Position numbers and translations under genes: made by a program. Below are positions 1 to 12,682 of a DNA stretch of 64,000 bases, piece after piece. This stretch comes from Macrostomum hystrix (Eukaryota; Animalia; Platyhelminthes), in contig CATNEN010000003.1 of assembly GCA_950097015.1 (NCBI GenBank), positions 11,532,001-11,596,000 on the forward strand, given 5' to 3'. Every line of letters starts with the position of its first letter. The stretch's first letter is position 1. Under the pieces are notes generated by a model. That model saw only the letters and a program-made list of their open reading frames with translations, made no database searches and had not been told where the DNA came from.

Positions 1-614
1 CTCATGAGGTAGTAGGTGAGCTCATGAGGTAGTAGGTGAGCTCATGAGGCAGTAGGTGAGCTCATGAGGTAGTAGGTGAGCTCATGAGGTAGTAGGTGAG
101 CTCATGAGGCAGTAGGTGAGCTCATGAGGTAGTAGGTGAGCTCATGAGGTAGTAGGTGAGCTCATGAGGTAGTAGTTGAGCTCATGAGGTAGTAGGTGAG
201 CTCATGAGGTAGTAGGTGAGCTCATGAGGCAGTAGATGAGCTCATGAGGTAGTAGGTGAGCTCATGAGGCAGTAGGTGAGCTCATGAGGCAGTAGGTGAG
301 CTCATGAGGTAGTAGGTGAGCTCATGAGGCAGTAGATGAGCTCATTAGGTAGTAGTTGAGCTCATGAGGTAGTAGGTGAGCTCATGAGGCAGTAGGTGAG
401 CTCATGAGGTAGTAGGTGAGCTCATGAGGTAGTAGTTGAGCTCATGAGGTAGTAGGTGAGCTCATGAGGTAGTAGGTGAGCTCATGAGGCAGTAGATGAG
501 CTCATGAGGCAGTAGGTGAGCTCATGAGGCAGTAGGTGAGCTCATGAGGCAGTAGGTGAGCTCATGAGGTAGTAGGTGAGCTCATGAGGCAGTAGATGAG
601 CTCATTAGGTAGTA
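1..614. repeat. 20-bp minisatellite (CTCATGAGGYAGTAGGTGAG)n, ~30 units, truncated by the window edge; lies in Sidekick intron 4
   Basis: Exact 20-bp periodicity. The unit carries overlapping palindromes CTCATGAG and TGAGCTCA. Confidence 0.97.
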
Positions 615-1300
615 TGCGTTGAATCGCTTGTGAAGGCAGTACATGAGTTGATTTGAGCTACTAAATAAGCTAATGAAGTCAGTGAGAGAAATGCTAACAA
701 TATTTTACAAGTTGAGTTACAACATGTCATCCAAGCATAGGTCACAATCGCCTCGATAATTAACTCGCTAATTACCGGTGTTAGATTTCTTTTCTAAAAA
801 TTACAAGTTACACAGAGGTCAATCGAGGCTGCAAAAAACTTTCCATTCAAGTGACCAGATGATAATTTTACAAGAAGAAAATTGTTGCTAATCTGCTTAA
901 AGACACACAAATAGGCTTTAGTTGTTTTTTTCTTGCACTTAGCTAAAAAGCATCCTCTAGAAGAGCAGATATTCACAAAGAGTTAGGAACAGAACAGGGC
1001 CAAGTAGATAATTACACGTCAGGCCCTTAGTAACAGCATACACCACCTTATGCTCAGTCTGAAAAAGGCATTTACTATCAAAGAAGCAACGCAAAATGAG
1101 AACTCGCACTGTGCCTACGCGAACTCAAAATGCATATTTTATGCAGATATGTTTGTGACAGAAAGAAAGTTAGGTCTTCTAGATTGCTCCTAAGTGGGTT
1201 TGTGAGGTTAATTCTGGGGGACAGGTTAGTAGCCTCTCCACTCTTCTTTCATCTTTCACTAACTCCCTTTAGTATTATTGTGTCTCTTATATCACTATTC

Positions 1301-2065
1301 TGACCCTCGCCTATCTCACTCTCACCCTCTGCTATCTCACTCTCACCCTCTCCTTTCTCACTCTCACCCTCTCCAATCTCACTCTCACCCTCTCCTTTCT
1401 CACTCTCATCTTCACCAATCTCAACCTCAGCCTCTCCTATCTCACCCTCAGCCTCTCCTATCTCACTCTCACCCTCTCCTTTCTCACTCTCACCCTCTCC
1501 TATCTCACCCTCAGCCTCTCCTATCTCACTCTCACCCTCTCCTTTCTCATTCTCATCTTCTCCAATCTCAACCTCAGCCTCTCCTATCTCACCCTCAGCC
1601 TCTCCTATCTCACCCTCACCCTCTCATATCTCACTCTCAGCCTCTGCTATCTCACTCTCACCCTCTCCTATCTCACTCTCATCTTCTCCTATCTCACTCT
1701 CACCCTCTCCTATCTCACTCTCACCCTCTCCTATCTCACTCTCAGCCTCTCATATCTCACTCTCAGCCTCTCCTATCTCACTCTCACCCTCTCCTATCTC
1801 ACTCTCATCTTCTCCTATCTCACCCTCTCCTATCTCACTCTCAGCCTCTCCTATCTCACTCTCAGCCTCTCCAATCTCACTCTCAGCCTCTCCTATCTCA
1901 CTCTCAGCCTCTCCAATCTCACTCTCAGCCTCTCCAATCTCACTCTCAGCCTCTCATATCTCACTCTCAGCCTCTCCAATCTCACTCTCAGCCTCTCCTA
2001 TCTCACTCTCACCCTATCCTATCTCACTCTCACCATCCCACTACTCAGCCTCTCTCCTTCACCCT
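1301..2065. repeat. 21-bp CT-rich minisatellite (CTATCTCACTCTCASCCTCTC)n
   Basis: Direct periodicity; source of the spurious SHSHPLL ORF 1278..2321. Confidence 0.95.
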
Positions 2066-3558
2066 CTGTTTTCTCCGTATTTTATCATTAGCTTTTCCAT
2101 CACTAATTCAACAATCCTATCCGTCTATATTCCATCTCAATGACTATATTCACAGACGTAGAATTAGAATAAAGAGGTTGTCAATCAAGCACTTTATTCA
2201 CATGATTTCATTACAAGTATCTGATTCATCAGGAATAGAAAAAAGTCAGATTGCTTTATTACCAACGAGCTTCTCATTGTTTCGAAACAAAAAACCCTTT
2301 AAAACTAAAAAATCTGAATGAATTTTCTAGGAAAAGGAACAAAAAGGAAACGTCGATGAGGTCTTTCAAGAAATTGATCTCAATTTGAATCTCTCAAGTA
2401 GACCTATACGATGACTACTATGAACTGTGTACGGTTTATATCTAAATGGCCTCTTTAACTCGTAGGAAGGCATTATGCATTACGCAACTCTCAGAGGCAG
2501 GGATAATAGATAGATAGAAGATAAAAGAAGAAGATTGGTTCTTAAAGAAAAGAAGCATAAAAAAGGATTGACAGGAAGGTAAAAGCACTTGAGATAGGCG
2601 TAACGAGAGTAGAATACTTGGAGTACAGGTGCAACTGTGTAAGGTAAGACTAAGAAATAGTTATTCACACGTACACCACAGATCTATGCATTTCTACGAA
2701 GTGTCAATCAAAAAAGAATAAGAAGAAAATGAGTATATAGTTCTCTACTTCACCAGTGTTAAACAAAAAATGACTGGCACACCCTATATAATGCTTTTTT
2801 CAGATAAATCAATCGAATTTCGAAATTTGATCCCAGCAAAAATTTCTTTTAGTAGCAGATGTATTGAAGTGTCTCTACGATGATGGTCAACTTAAAAAAA
2901 TAAGACACAATAGAAGATATTTAGTAATTGAAAGAAAATGAAAAAAGACTTGTGAAAATGTTAGATGTTAGATCGTGCCTGCGTCTGGTATGATCTAACA
3001 GAACATTGCTGACAACCTCACGTGACTTTTGGGTTTAGAGATTTCAAATTAAACAGAACTGCATTAAAATTTCTTTGTCGTCATAATTCCAGGATTTCCG
3101 TTGAAAATGATCCACTGATGAATCTTGGGATTTTTTCCGGAAAACTAAGCCATTAACGCTTTGCTTTTCCATGAAAAATTATGTTCTTATTTTGCTACCC
3201 TTCTGACTAATTATCCCATAAGTAGAAACTCGTCTATGAGAGGATGCCTGTTAATTTACAAAAAAAAGAATCATAAAGTTGTGAACAATGATTTTAACTG
3301 GCCATTTGTAGTACAATTTTAGTTTAGGAATTCTATTATTCTTTTTGATACATCGCCAAAAAAGTTGCAAGAAAGTAGTTTTTAACACCTGGCTAAATTC
3401 TAAAGGTTGGGTTTTAACGACTTTTTCATCTACAAGTAAAATTGATACAGTGAGGAAATTGACCAACATTGAAAGCTAAGAAAGAGGAAAAACGAATATT
3501 TTTCGCTACATATCGTTTATTAAATTCTTTCTTCTTAATCTCAATTTGAAGAACATTT

Positions 3559-4240
3559 GTCTACCTATTCTAGGGATCAATTAAGAATGAGATCTACCTG
3601 TTCTAGGGATCAATTAAGAATGAGATCTACCTGTTCTAGGGATCATTTTAGAATGAAATCTAACTGTTCTAGGGATCATTTTAGAATGAAATCTACCTGT
3701 TCTAGGGATCATTTTGGAATGAAATCTACCTGTTCTAGGGATCATTTTAGAATGAAATCTACCTGTTCTAGGGATCATTCTAGAATGAAATCTACCTGTT
3801 CTAGGGATCATTTGAGAAAGAAATCTACCTGTTCTAGGTATCATTCTAGAATGAAATCTACCTGTTCTAAGGATCATTCTAGAATGAAATCTACCTGTTC
3901 TAAGGATCATTCTAGAATGAAATCTACCTGTTCTATGGATCATCTTAGAATGAAATCTACCTGTTCTAGGGATCATTTTGGAATTAAATCTACCTGTTCT
4001 AGGGATCATTTTGGAATTAAATCTACCTGTTCTAGGGATCATTTGAGAAAGAAATCTACCTGTTCTATGGATCATTTGAGAAAGAAATCTAACTGTTCTA
4101 GGGATAATTTGAGAATGAAATCTACCTGTTCTAGGGATCATTTGAGAAAGAAATCTACCTGTTCTAGGGATTATTTCAGAATGAAATGAACATGTTCTAG
4201 GGATCACTTTAAAATAAAATCTACCTGTTCTAGGGATCAT
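3559..4240. repeat. 33-bp minisatellite (AAATCTACCTGTTCTAGGGATCATTTTAGAATG)n, ~20 units, ~90 nt from the Sidekick exon 4 donor
   Basis: Direct periodicity; 11-aa repeat ORFs on both strands. Confidence 0.95.
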
Positions 4241-4328
4241 ATTTTTTATATTCGTCTGATCATTAAATATTCGCCAGTCACAGAGAATGAGCAATCCAAT
4301 ACTCAATATTAAAGTGAGCCCATCTCAC

Positions 4329-4459
4329 TCTCTACTCGAATCCACCAGGTGTTATATTTCTCGTCCACAGAATTGGCAGCGAAGCACTGGAACACCCCGG
4401 CATCAGTTGGTTGTATCGATCTGATGCTTAATCGGACGCCGTCCATAGTTATTTCATAC
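4329..4459 (-). CDS. sdk: Sidekick exon 4 (C-terminal half of Ig4); gene continues beyond the left edge
   Basis: Acceptor cccctgccag|G (phase 2) joins the exon 3 donor to give ..ISNSAR|YEITMDGVRLSIRSIQPTDAGVFQCFAANSVDEKYNTWWIRVE, which completes an Ig domain. Donor A|gtgaga at 4328. Confidence 0.9.
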
Positions 4460-5263
4460 CTGGCAGGGGAGAGATAGGATGGCAAATCGGTTACGTAACA
4501 AGTATACTCAAGCAATAAAATAAATAGCTTCAACATTAAAACTCCAGTATTTTAAGTCCCAGTGACACACGAATATATAGTTGAGTTCTTTCATCGACAT
4601 GCTTTCAACGCGTAGTCTCTTAAAAAAACTTTGATTAATTCGTTAATCCCATAGTAACACGAATTCTGTCACGTCATTCAACGCATGGAATGATGGGATT
4701 CTTAATTAAACAGGGAAGAATTTGACAGTTATTTTTATTCTTTCTTTAAAGTTGCAAGTACATTAATCTAGATTGTATTTGTCAGTTAGTTGGATTAGTT
4801 GGGAATTCTTATCAAGTACCCCATGTCACTACTATAGTTGTGCAAAATATATACCTTTAGACTATACCTTTAGGTATGGGGTTAAAGTTGTAGAAAAAAA
4901 TCACAGGGTGTGAATAATGGGAAGGCTAGCGAAAGGTCAAATCTTGATGGGATCGGGAAGATGAAAAATGGACATAATTAATGACTTCTTTGATAAAAAT
5001 ATATCCTATACTGCATTAATAATGCCAATGATATTTTTTAACTACACACGGCATATAGCATAAACTTTGGCAACTATAATACTTCAAAATACCTACCTGC
5101 CTAAACAACTAGGTAAGAAGGATATTACAGAAAAATATGAAGATAACAGTAATTTCAAGAACAAAGAGCCAAGTTTCAACTGTTAAAGGTATCTCTTCTA
5201 ACTAATAAATGTTAGTGGAAAACTTAGGAATTTCAAACTCCCAGGTCTAATTAGACAGTGCGA

Positions 5264-5762
5264 TGATGAGACAGGGGAGAGATGAGACAGGGGAGAGATG
5301 AGACAGGGGAGAGATGAGACAGGGGAGAGATGAGACAGGGGAGAGATGAGACAGGGGAGAGATGAGACAGGGGAGATGTAAGACAGGGGAGATATAAGAC
5401 AGGGGAGATATAAGACAGGGGAGATATAAGACAGGGGAGAGATGAGACAGGGGAGAGATGAGACAGGGGAGAGATGAGACAGGGGAGAGATGAGACAGGG
5501 GAGATATAAGACAGGGGAGATATAAGACGGGAGATATAAGACGGGAGATATAAGACAGGGGAGAGATGAGACAAGGAGAGATGAGACAGGGGAGAGATGA
5601 GACAGGGGAGAGATGAGACAGGGGAGAGATGAGACAGGGGAGAAATGAGACAGGGGAGAGATGAGACAGGGGAGAGCGGAGACAGGGAGAGATAAGACAG
5701 GCGAGAGATGAGACAGGGGGAGTTGAGACAGGGAGAGTTGAGACAGGGGAGAGGCGAGACAG
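5264..5762. repeat. 16-bp purine-rich minisatellite (GATGAGACAGGGGAGA)n
   Basis: Direct periodicity. Confidence 0.95.
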
Positions 5763-6992
5763 TTTGGAGGCAAGTTACGAGACAGGTTAACTCGTAGATG
5801 AAAATTGTCCATCTGGAATTTAATTTAGAAATAAAACTAAAAGACAATGAGTCAGCTGCAAAGAAATAGATTCTTACAGCTGTCCTTTCTTTTTTTCTCC
5901 ATACGAAAGGCGGAATAAACTAACAAGCATATCTATAACCGCGCCAGTTTACTAGTGCTGCAAATGCACACCACTTGATAAAATGTATTGTTTTAGTTCC
6001 TGCACGACTAACCTCAAACAAATGATCGGTCCTTATAGATTCTAGATCTGCAACAGAAACGATGAAACGAATAGGGTAGAATCTAGACAGATACAAGCTT
6101 CAGTTGCAGCCTGTGAAATGATTCCGCTTGATAATATAGAGCTAACCTGAGTGCTTTTATAGGTACAACTAATTATAGATTAAGTTTAGTCAAACACAAT
6201 CCTAACTTAATTGGCTTCGTTGAAGCTTTGTTAAAATTTGTACATTTCCTAACGCAGGATAAGGAATGAGGAAGTTCAGGAGTTCGAATCTTAACCAAGC
6301 TATAAAATGGGGAGTGTGTAGAATGCGGGATGCTCAGTAGAATTAATTGAAGTGGATCCAATCTACATAAGGGATTACTACTTTGATGGGATTATAGACA
6401 ATAATGTTGCCATTGGCAATTGTCAAACCTAAGCTAAGCTCTTAATAATTAAGCCCTTATAGTCAAATTAGACATTATATTTGGTAGCTAAGTGACAATT
6501 TGACATGACGACAATCAAGTCCCGGGTGCTCCAAACACAGCTTTCATCTCGCCCAAAAATGTCGCATTAATACAGTGAAGTCACTAATTAATTAACTTAT
6601 AGTAGCACTGAACTCATAAAGCAGTCAATGCGATCTATTTTAGATAGGAATGCAATCATAAAAGTAATTCTAAAACACTGAAACAGTTCGCGAACCATTC
6701 TGCACCCTGATCATTGGGTCTATATAGGGACACTGCAGTCAGTCCACACGGAGACAGATTTTGACGAAGATAAATGAGAACCAGTTAATTGCTTGGAACT
6801 GGAGGTTTTGAGCAGTTCGATATGACCTAAGTCGAACACTGCAACTTTATTGGTTGTGGGATTTCAGCAATGGTAACCCAGTGCGTCTTAATCCTGATAT
6901 TATTTCCATCGGATTGTGAACACTGACAATATATTTGGAGAATTCAAATGTTGGCATTCATAACACACCAAAATAAATGCTTCGAATACTAA

Positions 6993-8338
6993 AATTCTGG
7001 GATTAAAAGCATTCACAATATCCTTCGAGGATTGAAATCCTGGGATTACGAAACTGCACAATATCCTTCGAGGATTAAAACCCTAGGATTACGAAACTTC
7101 ACAATATCCTTCGAGGATTGAAATCCTGGGATTACGAAACTTCACAATATCCTTCGAGGATTGAAATCCTAGGATTACGAAACTTCACAATATCCTTCGA
7201 GGATTGAAATCCTGAGATTACAAAACTGCACAATAGCCTTCGAGGATTGAAATCCTAGGATTACGAAACTTCACAATATCCTTCGAGGATTGAAATCCTG
7301 GGATTACGAAACTTCACAATATCCTTCGAGGATTGAAATCCTGGGATTACGAAACTTCACAATATCCTTCGAGGATTGAAATCCTGGGATTACGAAACTT
7401 CACAATATCCTTCGAGGATTGAAATCCTGGGATTACGAAACTTCACAATATCCTTCGAGGATTAAAATCCTGGGATTACAAAACTGCACAATATCCTTCG
7501 AGGATTAAAATCCTAGGATTACGAAACTTCACAATATCCTTCGAGGATTGAAATCCTGGGATTACAAAACTGCACAATATCCTTCGAGGATTGAAATCCT
7601 GGGATTACAAAACTTCACAATATCCTTCGAGGATTGAAATCCTGGGATTACAAAACTGCACAATATCCTTCGAGGATTTAAATCCTGGGATTACAAAACT
7701 GCACAATATCCTTCGAGGATTAAAATCCTGGGATTACAAAACTGCATAATATCCTTCGAGGATTGAAATCCTAGGATTACGAAACTTCACAATATCCTTC
7801 GAGGATTGAAATCCTGGGATTACGAAACTGCACAATAGCCTTCGAGGATTAAAATCCTGAGATTACAAAACTGCACAATAGCCTTCGAGGATTGAAATCC
7901 TAGGATTACGAAACTTCACAATATCCTTCGAGGATTGAAATCCTGGGATTACGAAACTTCACAATATCCTTCGAGGATTAAAATCCTGGGATTACAAAAC
8001 TGCACAATATCCTTCGAGGATTGAAATCCTGGGATTACAAAACTTCACAATATCCTTCGAGGATTGAAATCCTGGGATTACAAAACTGCACAACATCCTT
8101 CGAGGATTAAAATCCTGGGATTACAAAACTGCATAATATCCTTCGAGGATTGAAATCCTGGGATTACAAAACTGCACAATATCCTTCGAGGATTTAAATC
8201 CTGGGATTACGAAACCTCACAATATCATTCGAGGATTCAAATCCTGGGATTACGAAACCTCACAATATCATTCGAGGATTCAAATCCTGGGATTACAAAA
8301 CTGCACAATATCCTTCGAGGATTAAAATCCTGGAATTA
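6993..8338. repeat. 43-bp minisatellite (CACAATATCCTTCGAGGATTGAAATCCTGGGATTACGAAACTT)n, ~31 units
   Basis: Direct periodicity; two internal inverted repeats per unit (ATCCT-tcg-AGGAT and AATCC-tg-GGATT). Confidence 0.96.
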
Positions 8339-9247
8339 TTTTTTTATTTTTCTTTGAGACCCAAATTGCGTGTCAATTGAAGAGAGAAAAAGTGTCAACA
8401 AAATCTTCGCCACTTAAATCTGAAATTCAGAATTTAAGCATTTAGTTCATCTCAGGTCAACCGCGGTCTTGAAACACTTTTTAAAACTACAAGTGCTTCG
8501 ATAAACTGATGATCTGATGAAGCAATGAACAGAATAGTCTCGAGACTAGTTCACACAATCATATATGAATGCAAGTGAAAATGAAGCCAAATGTACTATT
8601 CTTCTGTACAATTGTCTCCCGTTTCCTACAATTTTATTGTCAATTCGAGCGTAAAAAACGATATAGGCAAAAATTCTTTCCTCGTTATACAGGTGCTCAA
8701 CTTGATCGCTATGCTCAAACTAGCATTAAATTAATTTACGACAAGACACGTCCCAATAGGACGAAAGTTACACCTTATATTTCTCCAATAGCTTAATCAC
8801 TATGCATCACTAGGTAAGTACATAAGAAGGCAGCGAAATTTGACTAATATCAAATTCACGGTTCAATGAGTCTGTTCACTTAATAACCCATTTGTATAAG
8901 TCTAGTAGATAGCATTAGTTATATGCCAACATCTTATTTAAACCAGTTCTTATTTTATTTGAATATACTTATAGACTGTATTTATAATAGTGTCATAGTA
9001 TCATGGACTCAAAATATTGAGCAGACTTTGCTAACCGCAAGCATCGACACACGGCAGTCATGCACTGATTAAAGAAAATTAGATTACTTGCAATGTGCCA
9101 AATTCAACTACATATGTACATACGAGCGTCTATTCTATAAGGTGAGAATTGGGATAACAACGAGCTAAAGTGTGTTATCTGATGCAAAACACATCCTTTG
9201 ATTCGGCCAGCCTCGTTTGAGTAACTAAGGGTAACAAGCCTACATAT

Positions 9248-9562
9248 GGGGGATCGGTGGCAGAGCGGTTAACGCGTTAGCCTCTCGCGCCAAGGTCCCT
9301 AAGTTCGATTCCGCGGCGAGGCCACATTTATTTGGGGCGCAGCCGCGGAGAGAAAACTTGGGGGCTTGTCATGCAATTTACGCCATTGAGGGCCAACCTC
9401 CAAGGCACAGTGAGAGTGTACACTGCCTGACGATGAGGACGTACGCAGGCACTGTGGTTTGAGATTATTGGACTGCCTCCCCAGTCCATGGACTGAACAG
9501 TTGTACACATTATAAATGCAGCCTTCCGATGCGCCGTAACTGTCAACAATTTCCGAAAAAAA
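9248..9562 (+). mobile_element. tRNA-derived SINE (family A head and body, family B tail)
   Basis: A box TGGCAGAGCGG, B box GTTCGATTC and an A-rich end. The body matches copies at 38828, 48862 and 53770. The tail CAGTCCATGGACTGAACAG...GCAGCCTTC matches elements at 14483-14641 and 47965-48145. Confidence 0.88.
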
Positions 9563-9653
9563 ACATAAACCGATTATTGATCGTACCCGACACCTTTAAA
9601 AGCTACTTAGGTCTACATACTAGGCTAGCTTGAAGGAAAACTATAGCCAAGTC

Positions 9654-9655
<2 letters not shown>

Positions 9656-9692
<37 letters not shown>
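9656..9692. repeat. (CAAT)n microsatellite
   Basis: About 9 perfect tetranucleotide units. Confidence 0.95.
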
Positions 9693-9695
<3 letters not shown>

Positions 9696-10867
9696 TCATT
9701 CCAAAACATTCCCTAGACATATTTGACAGACAAGCAACAGATTGATACATCTACTATCGGAGTAGATGACAGGATTTGTGTCTGCAATTGAAATCCAATC
9801 TCGAGTCGTATTACTCTTGAAATTTTGCCTACTCGGAAAACAAATAACATGAAGAAAGCGGACAACCAGAGAACAGAGTGTTGCATATAGATCGAGCATT
9901 GATTAACTTTCATATTATTAGACTTGGGTTGGAAACTGCTGCATGGTTGTGTTTGAAGATTAAGGACATTTCGTTTTCCAGATTATTATATTGGTCAAAT
10001 GATAATCAGAGGAACGACAGAAAATAGAAATATGCACAGGGTATCGATTGATTCATTCCTTTAACCAGTATGTAAAACAGTTTGTCTGACTGGGGTCACA
10101 TCAGGCCTATAGACTGTGTAAGAAAGAAATTTTATCATGTTCAACTAAGCAACTCATAACTATATAGAAACAAAATAGGGTATTTTTAGGTAAACGGCGT
10201 GAGTAACTATCACTTTCATAGTGGACTAAAGTGCTTCGTCATCTAATTATATCTGTCAAGCACCCAGCCATACATTACAAGCAATTTATACATTAGATTT
10301 ATTTCTAAAAACTAAATTGGTTAATTAACTATCCTTCTCTTTGATGACTCATTCACAGTCGATCGACATTAGAAGTGGCATTGAAGTGTTTTCCTGCCTG
10401 AGTGCACATTGTTTAAATGTTCTTTTTTTGAAAAAATAACCACAGACAAGGTAGAAGAAAGCTAGGTAGAAAAAAATCAATCAACTACTACTTGATTGGC
10501 AGTCAAGCGTGTGCGGACTTGCGAATGGAAAGGAACAATTTCTAGGCTCAAGACCTGGAGATAGTAAATTGGTGCTATGCTTTCTCCTACTTGCTTTTCT
10601 CGTCGGCAACCAAAGACTTTCGTACTTCATGCCCATCAACTTTTAGCACGCAAAGCGACATTTTAGTCTCATTGGATTGAGTCCATATGATGAGGCTTGC
10701 ACTCGCTTGACAGCAATCAATTAGCGATATATGAGCTATAGGACTCGGGCAAGATGTCTGTACTTGTGTTTAACGAACCTTTTGTAGCACAAATCAATGC
10801 ATGGAGAGTGAACTAGAGCCAAATTGCCTGAAGCTCAATGAGTTAAAGCAACATGAGCTTCAGGCAA

Positions 10868-12015
10868 TGAAGCTACATGGCCTGAAGCTACATGACCTGA
10901 AGCTACATGACCTGAAGCTACATGACCTGAAGCTACATCAATTGAAGCTACATGACCTGAAGCTCCTTGACCTGAAGCTACATGACCTGAAGCTACATGA
11001 CCTGAAGCTACATGATCTGAAGCTACATGATCTGAAGCTACATGATCTGAAGCTACACGACCTGAAGCTACATGACCTGAAGCTACATGACCTGAAGCTA
11101 CATGACCTGAAGCTACATGACCTGAAGCTACATCAATTGAAGCTACATGATCTGAAGCTACATGATCTGAAGCTACATGACCTGAAGCTACATGACCTGA
11201 AGCTACATGACCTGAAGCTACATCAATTGAAGCTACATGACCTGAAGCTACATCAATTGAAGCTACATGACCTGAAGCTACATCAATTGAAGCTACATGA
11301 CCTGAAGCTACATGACCTGAAGCTACATGACCTGAAGCTACATCAATTGAAGCTACATGACCTGAAGCTACATGACCTGAAGCTACATGACCTGAAGCTA
11401 CATGACCTGAAGCTACATGATCTGAAGCTACATGATCTGAAGCTACATGATCTGATGCTACATGATCTGATGCTACATGACCTGATGCTACATGATCTGA
11501 AGCTACATGACCTGAAGCTACACGACCTGAAGCTACATGACCTGATGCTACATGACCTGAAGCTACATGATCTGAAGCTACATGATCTGAAGCTACATGA
11601 TCTGAAGCTACATGACCTGAAGCTACATGACCTGAAGCTACATGACCTGAAGCTACATGACCTGAAGCTACATGACCTGAAGCTACATCAATTGAAGCTA
11701 CATGACCTGATGCTACATGATCTGAAGCTACATGATCTGAAGCTACATGACCTGAAGCTACATGACCTGAAGCTACATGACCTGAAGCTACATCAATTGA
11801 AGCTACATGACCTGAAGCTACATCAATTGAAGCTACATGACCTGAAGCTACATGACCTGAAGCTACATGACCTGAAGCTACATCAATTGAAGCTACATGA
11901 CCTGAAGCTACATGACCTGAAGCTACATGACCTGAAGCTACATGACCTGAAGCTACATGACCTGAAGCTACATCAATTGAAGCTACATGACCTGAAGCTC
12001 CTTGAACTGAAGCTT
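10868..12015. repeat. 15-bp minisatellite (CATGACCTGAAGCTA)n, ~75 units
   Basis: Direct periodicity; source of the LKLHD ORF 10801..12150. Confidence 0.97.
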
Positions 12016-12682
12016 TTAATCCGCCTGAAAGATCTCCTGACTGCCAAGACTTATCAACAGCAGCCTATGCGAACACTGTATCATTTTATCAGGAAAATAT
12101 CAAATTTCAAAACCTGTTTTGAAATAGATCAAACGACTTTGCTGATGTGAATTTTCAGTAAGCTGGCTTAGCTTATACAAAGCATCTAAAGTTTCAAACA
12201 TTTATACACCTTTCTTTGCTGGAGAATTTCAATCGTTAATATATGGAAGATTTAAGTTCATCGACTTCAGTTCCGCTCATTAATTTTTAGATGATCATAT
12301 ATATAAAGTGAGTTAGAACAAGCATTATAATGTGTCTTCATCTAACTGAGTATATCGAACTAGATATAAATTTGCATTTTCTCATTTGCAACGCGCCACT
12401 GAAGAAACAAACATTGTGGATGAAAAATCAACAGAATAATCTCACAAAGACACAAACACAAATCAGTATATAGATGTTCCTTCCGTGACAGATTAACATA
12501 TAGCTAGCAAATTGGTACAGAAATAAAGATAAAAGAAATTTCTAATAATTCGGGCTGATAAAAGGTTCGGAGGTTAAGTAGCAATTTCCGTATTTGTTTT
12601 TTTGGAAGTGATTTGAGATTTGCTCGGCTAATCACGAAATTTTTATGACCTGAAGAATTTGTTGACCTGCATATATTTATTA

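Noticed and set aside
1278-2321. His/Ser/Leu-rich 347-aa ORF
   Set aside because: 21-bp CT-rich minisatellite, non-ATG start, antisense within an intron.
9248-9325. Possible tRNA gene
   Set aside because: It has A and B boxes but no clean cloverleaf or terminator, and it continues into a body repeated elsewhere in the window, so it is a SINE head.
10868-12015. AGCTACAT in the 15-bp unit matches the miR-221/222 5' end; GATCATTTTG in the 33-bp unit resembles bantam
   Set aside because: The first is only 8 nt and from a vertebrate family. The second mismatches the bantam seed. Both are expected by chance.
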